A stretch of 64,000 bases of DNA from Adineta vaga. Lineage: Eukaryota > Animalia > Rotifera. Shown in pieces: positions 28,001 to 40,000 of the stretch (positions are counted from its first letter, which is position 1; each line of letters starts with the position of its first letter). The notes under the pieces were generated by a model. That model did not search any database. It was given only the letters and a program-made list of their open reading frames with translations, and was not told where the DNA came from. Where the stretch lies: assembly GCA_021613535.1 (NCBI GenBank), contig CP075492.1:1612001-1676000 (forward strand). The letters run 5' to 3'. A program made the translations under genes and the position numbers.

Positions 28001-31000
28001 CATTTATGTGAGACTATAAGTTGATTCTGATGTTGACAATAGATTAACCAATATTGTAATGAGAGATACTGTTTATTATCAATATTAGACTTACCAATGA
28101 CTTTTCTAAGATTTCATAGGATCAAGCTGTCTGTCAACTGTATAATTGCATTCAACGTCAGATAGCAAGTTAAAGATGTATATAGAATAAATCTACTAGT
28201 GAAATGAAACGAAATTTTTGTATTGTTTGTCACATCAAATTTTTATATGAATTGAAAACATTACAAAGAGATAAAACATGATGCTATAGTGACTACCATG
28301 ATGTAAGCAAAAGTGTCTTATTGAGTATGAATATTTTCTTCATTTATCTTTTTCTTCTTCGTTGTTTTGTGTTTTATTCTTTTCTCTTTGAGTTCCTTTC
28401 TTTTTGTCGTATCTGATAGATATCTATCTGATTTCAGGTTTCAGGAGTGGAAGTCTAGGTGTATCTTGGTGTTTACATTTGTCAATTTTTGAGTAGTCCA
28501 AAGTGAGACAATTTCAAAATTTCCTTCATATATTTCGATTGGAATGATATTGAGACCTATAGTTATCACCATTGAACAGAGAACATGAAAATACAACGAA
28601 CAATGTGTAGAAAAAAATAACGATTATTTTTCTGACCTGTTTCTGAATTCTTTTCGAAGACTAGTAGTTACAATTACTTCCTTATATGTTGAGTGTACAT
28701 TCTCTAATCTTGAACAAACTGTGAGTTATGTGAATCATTAAAGTATGCTGCTTTTATCTCATAAGAAAATAACTCTATTCACGTGTGCTAGTTTTTTTAA
28801 ATAAAATAGCAACTAAGTAATGGTTGTGATTATGAGAAAGGAAATTTTCATAGATATTATGTTGATTCCACTTGATAAACGTTTGTATACTGTAGCGCCA
28901 GCTTCATATGCTCAGAGTCGCATTTGGCTTAATGAACGAATGCAGTTTGATCCTAATAAACCGCAAATAGCAATCTGCAATATATCATTCCTTTATCGTC
29001 TCTCGCATCACCATACTTTATCAATTGAACGACTTCGACATGCACTTCAGCTACTAGTCATGAAACACCAGTCACTTTGTACATTACTTACTTTCGATAA
29101 AGAGAAGAATCTGCTTATGCAAAGAATCGCCAATTTTAATAACGTGACAAGTGAATTGTATACATTTGTCGAAAGTGTTTACGAAACTGATGAGCATCTT
29201 AACGATATAATATACGAGGAAAAACGGAACCCTCATCTTATCGATCCTTCTCGAGGTCTTGTCTTTCGATGTCATATTGTCTATTACAAGCAAATCTCTT
29301 CAGATGATCTTCTCACCCATAAAGATATCATCATTTTCAACTTTCATCATTCTTTATTTGACTATCCATCTGTGAATGTATTTCTTCATGATCTCAATCA
29401 AATATATACAACAGGTCAGTCAACAAATGATATTGAGACCAATCTACGATATCTTGATTGTAAGTATTCCATATTTTTGTCTATTTATTTGAATCAATCA
29501 TCCTTCACCTCTCTTTCTACTTGCAGATGCAGTCATCGAACGGCAACTACCAATGACTAGCGCAAGTATGTTCTGGCTTGATACTCTTCATAATTGTGAT
29601 CTCGATCGGCGACTATCATTACCATTTGATCGACATCGACTTCTCAATGAACATCCAACCAATCATAATACATCCGTTTCTTTCGATTTTGATTCAAATC
29701 TTTCTCATCATCTTCTCATTTATGCATCATCGTACAACGTATCATTGCAACATCTTGTACTCACCATCTACTATATCTTTCTATTCAAAATAACAAATGG
29801 AGAAAAAGATTTAACGATTGCAATGACTATTGATAATCGATATAGAGAAGAACTTAAACCAATCATTGGATTATTTGAGAATATTGTTCCATTCAGATGT
29901 CAATTAGACTCTCATTGGTCTTTTCGTCAATTACTTGATTATATTCATGAGATAACAACCAATACGATGAGATATTCATGTTTTCCTCTTCAACGCATAC
30001 TTGATCAACATGGAACTGTTTCGAAACCTAGATTTCTTGATACTTCATTTGAATTTCGATCATATCAAAACAATAAAAGTATGATTGACAATAGTGAACT
30101 TTATGAGATGCTTATTGACAATATCAATAATGACGATGTAACCATGCGTGAAAGTGATTTCTCGTTTCTAATCAATCATGATACCCATATCGATCAAGTC
30201 TCCTGTACAATCAATGCATCACTAGACTTGTTCAACATTGAAACTATTCATATTATTGGACAACGATTTCATTTCATGTTACATCAATTATCTTCCTCGA
30301 TTGCCAATCAACCGAAAAAGCCAATTTACGAATTGTCATTAATATTACCAAATGAACAATTACTTGTACAATCAATGAATAATACGGAAGTGTCATTTCC
30401 TTCTGTCAAATGTATTCATCATGAATTTGTTTCTAAAGCAATGATATATTCACAAAAGCTAGCTGTTGAATTAGATGAACAATCGTTGACATATAGTGAA
30501 CTATTGTATTATGTTCAAGTATTATCTATGAATCTTCTAAATGAATATCATATATCTCCAGGTGAAATCATTTCTCAATGTGTCGAAAGAAGTATATCAA
30601 TGGTGAGCTACTTGATATAAGTATCTGCTGTTTTAAATTAGGAAATCTGGTATAATTTAGATAATTGGTATAATGGGAATTTTAATGGTAGGTGGTGTAT
30701 ATTGTCCGTTATCACCTCGAGATCCAAAAGATCGTTTATATGCATTAGTACAACAAACGATGTCTTGCCTTATTCTTGTTCATCGGTCTACTGTGACGAA
30801 AATGCTAGATGTTGCGAAGTTATTAGATATTGAAGTAATACTGACTAATGCGAATTGGAGCGACGATCTCAAATTAGATAAAGTATCAAGCATAATAGTA
30901 TCACCTAATGATGTAGCTTACATTATTTTTACAAGTGGATCGACTGGCGTACCGAAAGCGGTATGCTTTTCACACTCTATATCAGATCGCTTTTAGTTTG

Positions 31001-34000
31001 TTGCTTTATCCTAGGTTCAAGCCAGACACCGAAATTTTTCAAATTTCATACAAGGTTTGCATCATACTGGTGTATTGCAGACGAACGATGTTGTGGCGCA
31101 AATATGTGCTCCTACGTATGATGTGCATGTCATGGAAATTATTGGTAGTTTAGTTTTGTGTTCATCTCTTGTACTGTTACGCCCTTATGGCAACATGGAC
31201 TTTTTGTATTTTACAAACATATGTGAAACTAAAAAAATCACATGTATTGCACCTGTTCCGACTTTCCTAGATTATTTGTGTGATGCTATTGAACATTTAC
31301 AGAGTGATTCTTTGTTGACGATACGATCACTTTGCTTTGGTGGTAAGTAAATTATAAAAAATAGTGTTCAATGCATTTATCAAATTTCAAGGGGAACCTA
31401 TATCAAGTAAACTTGTTCAACGCTTACAAAAACACACTACCAACAATTGTGCCATGTATAATATATACGCGCCAGCTGAAACTACAGTTGTTTCTTTCTA
31501 TCACCGTGTCAATTTTATACGCCGTGAATCACATATTGCTCTTGGTAGATTACTCTCTAACGAGCACTATAAAGTATTGGATATTTACTTCCAGTATACA
31601 CCTGTCGGTCAACAAGGTGAATTATTTATTGGTGGAGCAGGTGTATTCGCTGGCTATCTTCACCGTATGGATTTAACATCCAAAGTTCTTCTTGAAATTA
31701 ACGATGAAAAGTTTTATCGGACGGGTGATCTCGTAAAAGTAGACCATGAGGGTCTTCTCCATTATGAAGGTAGAACCGATCATCAAATCAAATTACATGG
31801 ACAAAGAATTGAACTTGGTGAAATTGAACGATGTCTACTCAGCATATCATTCATCTCAGCTTGTGTTGTCATCAAATGGGGTGAAGATCATCTTGTTGCT
31901 TATGTTCAAAGTTCAGTCATAAATGAAAAAGAACTACGTGACCATTGTCAATCACATCTTCCACCACATATGATTCCATCTCGTTTCATTATTCTTGATC
32001 AATTACCACTGAATGCAAATGGAAAAATCGATCGAAAACGTCTCCTATCACCTGATTTCGCTTCTCTCTCTTCAATAAATCTCAACGATGCTAACAAATT
32101 GTTAGAACCAACAAGTGAAATTGAATCTATTATCCATCGCATATGGTGTGATCTATTGAAACAAAAACAAATCTCTATAAATACAAACATATTCACTATT
32201 GGTGGTCATTCATTAATTATCATGCAACTTCTGCATCGATTTAAAGTAGAATTTCGATTGGAAATAAACTCAATTGCCATTAGTGATCTATTTCAACATC
32301 CAACAATCATTGATCATGCACAACTTATTCATCAGATTGTACACTTCAAATTGAATAAAGATAATTATTGTTGGCATTCATTAAATATCCTCACAGGTAA
32401 AGGTATAATTTGAAAAATACTCTAATAATTATATTCTATTTCTTATTTAAGCTAAAGCATCGTTTGCCCAAGAACGCATTTTCTTAGATGAAAACATTCG
32501 CTTTTGTGCTTCTGCAGTAGATGATATTACAAATATGTATGTTATTCCATTAATATATCGTGTTTCATCGCTAAATATTCATCATATATCAATTTCACGA
32601 TTATATCATGCATATCAATGTATTATTAGAAAACATAAGATTCTTCGAACAGCACTTTACCTTGATCGAAATGGTGTCATTGTACAAGACTGTCGAAATA
32701 CGAATTACTCGCACAATGATATCGAAACATATGCTTTTTCAATAGTGAATGTCTCCAAAGAAGATCATGATAAGAGTGACGCTGTGAAGAGAATCTTGAA
32801 TAAATCTGATTTATTTGATTTATCAAAAGGACATGTCATTAATTGTCATATTCTTCGTTCTCAGAATAGTTCAAATGAAAATGATGATGACATGTTGACT
32901 AGAGATGATTTGATATTATTTACTATTCATCATGCTTTCTTTGATGGTGCATCAACATCAATCTTTATTCGTGATCTTTCTCTTGCTTATCAAGACGATA
33001 GTTCGCTTTTTGTTGATGTCAATTCATTTCAATATATTGATTATTCTATTCATGAACATATTATGGCTATGACATTAGCTCGTGAATTTTGGTTTGCTCA
33101 ACTTCATGGATGTGATCTTCAACATTCATTATCATTACCATATGATCGATCTCATTCATCAAACCGCCACCGATCTGGCTTAGCTTCTACAACTCAAATA
33201 ACATTAAATGATTCGGTATGTACATCATTTCTACATTATGCATCATCACATCATCTGACACTTTTTCAACTTGGACTATCGATATTTTATGTATTTCTAT
33301 TCAAATTATCTCACAATGACACTGATTTGTGTGTTGGCACTATCAATGCCAATCGATATCGATCTGAATTATATAATATGATAGGAATGTTTGTAGCAAC
33401 ATTACCATATCATATTCAACTCAATGCAGATTGGTCATTTGATGAACTTGTTCATCATGTAAGAGAAATGTGTGTATCAATTCTTGAACATTCTCATTAT
33501 CCACTTCAACACATTCTCAATGACTTTCATCTCAATCAATCTAATCTTAGATTTCTGGAAACAATCTTCGATTTTATCACTTTGTCCGAAAATGAGACGT
33601 ACTTATCGATGAATGATACAAGATTAGAAGAAGTATCATTAGATCAATCATATGAAGTTAGTAAATTTGATTTCATGTTATCATTTGTTTATAATCCAAC
33701 GTTAGAAAATAATACCAGATTGTCATTCAATTTGATATGTTCTCATGATTTATTTGATGAGAAATCTGTCGCAACTATAGCCGAACGATTTTCGTATTGT
33801 ATGGAACAATTGTTGTTTCGATCGAATGAAACAGTGGATGAAGTGAAGACCTGTGTGAACACTGTATCGAAAGTTAACCTAATATTACCGAAGGAAGGAA
33901 ATGAAATCGATGATGTTATACTTCAGCGACAATTCAACAACTTCGATGAAGGTAGGCTTATTTTCTAATAAAAAATTTGTTGTTGGTGTTAAAGTTGCAT

Positions 34001-37000
34001 ATTAGGACTAATATCTGATATAAGTCTGTTGTGCAGACGCCAAGTAGCTATGTTATGATTTGCATATGCGACAATTGTTTGCATGCTTTTTCCTTGTAGA
34101 AGCAGCGGCATCTGCAAGGTTACTATCCAATATGTTGGCTAGCATTTTAGGAAATGCGTTGGTATGAAAATTGTGAGAAGTAGCTCATTCAAGAGAAATG
34201 TTTCGTTCTTGATTTTTTGAAATTTATTTCTTGAATTTTGACATCGAAGTTCGAAAACAGTACCTTGTCGATTTATGTAGAGTAGCATAGCAACTTAGCC
34301 GTTACACGTATGAAAGACGAATGGTTAATATTCGTTTGATCAGTTTGCCGTAGCCAAAAAAACAAAAATTCTGTTGCTTTACTTTGTGGTAGAGAACGTA
34401 ACATCTCAAAATTGCACGTTCACCAGTAGTATGTTTCGTGCATTTACTGTTTAGGGGAAATAAAAAAAATGATAATTGGAGAGACAGATCTAAAGACGGG
34501 CCTGATTTAATTTTCCGCTACAATAACTGAAACAAAAATAGTAACTGCTTAACGTCGAATTCAGTGTCTACCCTTATAACAGTTCTAAACAGTAGTCCTG
34601 TTTAGTATTCCAATCACTCCAGCATAATTTAAAACGGTTTCTCACGTAATTTTGCCGTGTTTTATGAGCAGTCACACTCTTCAATTTTTTTATTCCCAAC
34701 TCATTTTCGAAAACAAAAGTTAGCCATCACTCGCACGAGCACTGAATTTTTAATCATAAGGAGAAAAGACAAGGAAAACGACTAGTAGGCAAAATGTTAC
34801 ATCATCCCTCTCTAAATCATTGATACTTCTACTGTAGCACCAGCATCGTATGCACAAGCTCGCATTTGGCTTGATGAACAAATGCGATTTGATCCTGATC
34901 ATCCACAAGTTGCAATCTATAACATGCCTTTCGTTTATCACTTCTCGCCGAATAATACCATATCAATCAAACAACTACAACATGCACTTTATCTCACTGT
35001 CAACAAACACCTTTCACTTCATACAGCATTCATCTTCGACAAGAATAAGAATATATTGATGCAACGAATTGTGGAAATTAATAACAATCACATGACATTA
35101 TTTACATTTACTGAGAGCACTTATCAAACACAAGAACAACTCAACAATATCATACAAGAAGAGAAAAGAAATCCTCAACTTTTTAATCTTGCTCAAGGTC
35201 TGGTCTTTCGATGTCATCTTGTTTATTACAAACAAATCTCTTCCGAAAAGCTACTCTCAGAGAAAGATATCATCATCTTCAATTTTCATCATGCAGCATT
35301 TGATTTTCCATCAATGCAAATATTTCTTCATGATCTTAATCAAGCATATATAACAGGCCAATTACTTGACGACAACAACGATAAAACCAATCTTCGTTAT
35401 CTTGATTGTAAATATACACACTTATTGCACTTTTCTCTTTATCATATATCACTTGTCATCATTTTCTAGATGCTGCCATCGAACAACAAATGTCAATGAC
35501 TGGTGCACAAATGTTTTGGCTTGATACTCTACATAATAGTAAACTTGATCAATTACTACCATTACCATACGACCGATATCGTCTTGCAAATGAACATCGA
35601 ACTGGTCGTGGAACATCGATTTCTTTTGATTTTGGACAAGATCTTTCACATTACTTTCTTTCGTATGCATCGACAAATAACATGTCACTTGAATATTTGT
35701 CACTCATCACTTACTTCATCTTCTTATTCAAATTAACTAATGGAGAAAAAGACCTATGTATTGGAATGAACACAGAGGGACGTTATCGAGATGAATTTAG
35801 ATCTATCATTGGAATGTTTGTCAATGCTATTCCTCTTCGATATCAACTTGATCCTCACTCATCCTTTCATAAATTCACTGAAGAAATGCGAGTGTTGATC
35901 ACAAATACTAAGAAATATTCATATTTTCCACTTCAGCGTATTCTTGCTCAACATCCTCATCTATCAAATCCTGCATTTCTTGATACATCATTCGACTTTA
36001 CATCATCTATGACAAATGCTGATGAAAACAAAATAATGCTTGGTGGCAATGAACTCATTCTAGCGCCATATTCGATTGAGATTAGTGAAGATGAAATCAT
36101 GAGTAAATTTGATTTTATTGTCACTTTCCATCATACATTGGATCTTAATGAACTCTCATGTTCAATCAATGCATCATTAGATTTATTTCACATAGAAACT
36201 GTTAATAAGATTGCACAACAACTTCATTCGATGTTATATCAATTATCGACATCTAGTCATAGTCAACTGACGAAACCACTCTATGAATTGTCATTAATAT
36301 TACCAAATGAACAATTACTTGTACAATCAATGAATAATACAGAAATATCATTTCCGTCTGTCAAATGTATTCATCATGAGTTTGTTTCTAACGCAATGAA
36401 ATATTCACAAAAGCTTGCTGTTGAATTAGATGATCAATCGTTGACATATTGCGAGCTGTTGTATTATGTTCAGGTATTATCTTTGACTTTATTGAATAAA
36501 TATTGTGTAAAAGTTGGTGAAATCATTTGCCAATGTGTCGAAAGAAGTATATCAATGGTAAGTTGATGAATGAGAAACTTATCTCTTGATATATTCATGG
36601 GAAATCGTTCTTCACTCTAGGTGATTGGCATAATGGGAATTCTGATGGCTGGTGGTGCATATTGTCCACTATCACCTCGAGATCCACCACATCGTTTACA
36701 TTCACTTGTAGAACAAACTCAAAGTCGAATTGTTCTCACTCACTGGTTAACAAAAAATAAGCTAGATGATGAAAATATCGTAGTCAATATTGATTTACTA
36801 GTGACTAATAGTGACATGCAAAGTAATATGCGCATGGAGGAAATTTCGAGCGTCTTAGTCACCTCAGAAAATATTGCATATATTATTTTTACAAGCGGAT
36901 CAACGGGAGTGCCAAAACCGGTGGGTGATAGATGGAGGAGGAGTAGTGAATATAGTATGACTTTTTGTTATTTATAGGCTCAACTTCGGCACAGAAATTT

Positions 37001-40000
37001 CACTCAATCTATTCAATCTTTAGTAAATATTGATTTATTCAACAGAGGGGATACAATTATACAAATTGCTAGATGTTCATTTGATATTCATGTTCAAGAA
37101 ATACTTGGAGGTGTATCGATTGGAGCAACTGTAGTGATGTTACATCCGGGAGGAAATTTAGATTTTGAGTATCTGTCCGTGACACTGGAAAGGAAAGAAA
37201 TCACTTTTCTATATACTGTACCAACATTACTGCAACATCTTTTCACTTTTATTACCAACAATAAACAATCTTATGTTACCAAATATTTGCGATCTTTGTG
37301 TACAGGAGGTAAATGGAGTCAATATTTTAATTGTTTCCTATTGTTGTTTTTTCTATAATACTAGGTGAACGTTGTTCCGTCAATCTTATTAAGTCAATAG
37401 GAAGTAATATTGCTCAGCAATATACTCTGTGGAATTTATGTGGTCCAGCTGAAACAACGTTTCAATCTTTATTCCATCGAATCGACTTAAGAGCAGATGC
37501 AGAAAATATACCTCTTGGTAGACCCCTTCCAAATTATCATTGTACAGTTGTAGATTGTTTTGGTCAACGTAGTTTTGTCGGTCAAGAAGGTGAAGTTTTA
37601 GTGAGCGGCGTAGGCATCTTTGCTGGTTATCTTAGACATAATGACTTGACAGCGCAAGCCTTTTTAGAAATTAATAGTGATATAAATTATCGTACAGGTG
37701 ATCTGGTTAAAATGGATTGCAATGGTGTCCTTCATTATATCGGTCGAAAAGATTTTCAAATCAAATTACACGGACAAAGAATTGAACTTGGTGAAATTGA
37801 ACGATGTCTACTCGGCATATCATCCATCTCAGCTTGTGTTGTCATCAAATGGGGTGAAGATCATCTTGTTGCTTATGTTCAAAGTTCAGTCATAAATGAA
37901 AAAGAACTACGTGACCATTGTCAATCACATCTTCCACCACATATGATTCCATCTCGTTTCATTATTCTTGATCAATTACCACTGAATGCAAATGGAAAAA
38001 TTGATCGAAATCGTCTTCCAAAACCAGATTTCCGGTTATCAGCAAACTTAGATGATAGTGACAATGTACCTCGCACAACTTTGGAACAACAATTGCAGAA
38101 TATTTTTAGTCAGGCTTTTAGTATTGAATCGCCACACTTCGAGGTATCCTTTAGTCATCTTGGTGGAACATCGCTGAATGCTATTCATGCACTTACATTG
38201 ATTCGTCAGGAAATTAATGCTAACATTGACATCGGACTTATTTTCACTAATCCATCCATTCGACAGTTGGCTCAAGCTATTGAAGCTTCATTAATATTTG
38301 ATAAACAAGAAGACATACTTCTCATTAACAGTGAAGATCATGAAACATGTATTCATCTTGAACCATCATTTTTGATAGAATCTTTGGGCATTATAGCTCT
38401 TATTTGTCATGGGGTACTACCAATCCTCATAATTGCTAAATGGTGCCCACTCCTGTTCTTCTTATTACCTGCAATTCATCTTCTATTCTATGCCATTTGT
38501 TCCCGTCTACTCTTGTTACAAAACAATACCGTTGACAACATGTTCTCATGGAACTATTATAGATGGTGGATTTTAGATCGACTATGGAACAACAATACAT
38601 TTTGGTTGAGACATATACTTGGCACATCATTCTACAATTATTATCTTCGTCTATGTGGTGCTCATGTTAATCTCCATGCACATATTTATACGACAACTAT
38701 CGATGCTCCATGGTTGTTAGAGATTGGTGATGGAACTTGGATTGCAGATAAAACTATTCTGAATTGTCTGCATTTCAATAATAATTATACCTTTGAACTA
38801 CGTTCGATTAAAATCGATTCTGATTGTTCAATTGGTACAAGATCAACTCTGTTTGATGGAGTAGAAATGCAAAGTAATGTATTTGTTCAACCAATGTCTG
38901 CAGTCACTGGTTTTATTCCATCTCAAACAATTATTGATGGTGAAGAATATAAATCAGCTTCATCAGACATCTCCATGACAGTTAATAATAGATCATTCTC
39001 AGTATGGCACAAGATCTATCAAGTTTTTGTACTTATGTTGTTAACTTGTATCCATTTTATCCTTTTAATTATTATCTACAAAGTTTATTTACTTGTGCCA
39101 CTACGGTTCCCTCTTAATGTTGCTCTTTGTTGGACTTTGTGGTCATTTATTGGCTGTTGCGTCTCACTTTTCCTACTCAAATTTGCAGTTGGTTATTGTG
39201 TTGCTGGTGAAACATATCCGATTGCATCATGGTCATATCTAAATAAATTGTGGCTACGTCAACTGATCGTCTCAAGTTTTCATCATACTTGGTTACTAAC
39301 GACAAATTATGATCATCTTTATCCTGTTATACTTCGTTGGTTAGGTGCTCATGTTGAAAATAATGTTAAACTTGCTGAAATCCATACGTATCTAGCTTAT
39401 CCAACAAATCTACTAAGAATAGAAACAGGTGTTACTAGTTTTGGTTATGTTCTCTTAGTCCCAACGGAGGTGACATTTTCAGGTGGACATCTTATAGATC
39501 ACATAACAGTTGGATCTTATACAAATATTGCCAACAAATGTTCAATATTACCGGGCAGTTGCCTTGCACCTTATACTATGGTTGGTAATTTCACACGCAT
39601 CACTCGAGAAACAGCAACTAATGAAGGAAACATTGTTATGGGTGTGCCAGCTCGTGTCATGCCGTTTCAAATGCCTATAGTATCGACTATGGAAGATCAA
39701 ATTGAAGTGATTCCATTTTGGAAGACATGGTTTACTTATTTCACTAGTAAATATCTTCTCGTGGTCATATATTCTTTATGTGGACTTGTTGGTGGTTCTA
39801 TTATTCATACGATATTTGTTTGCAGTTTCTATCGATGTCGCTCATACATACATCATCAAACCGTGGATCTAATAATATCACAATTACAACAAGATCATCA
39901 ACGATTTATTTGTCCATTCCTGGGCAATACACAATGGTTGGTTCGATTGTTCCGAGCATTTGGTGCTCACATTGGGAAAAACGTAGTATTACCTGATATT

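Noticed and set aside
2359-38630. Many short alternative-frame and antisense ORFs recurring in each module (e.g. MTNIQVTC..., MNMFVFIEIC..., MHKCFGL...)
   Set aside because: They are shadows of the duplicated NRPS exons. They recur because the DNA is repeated and they show no independent motifs.
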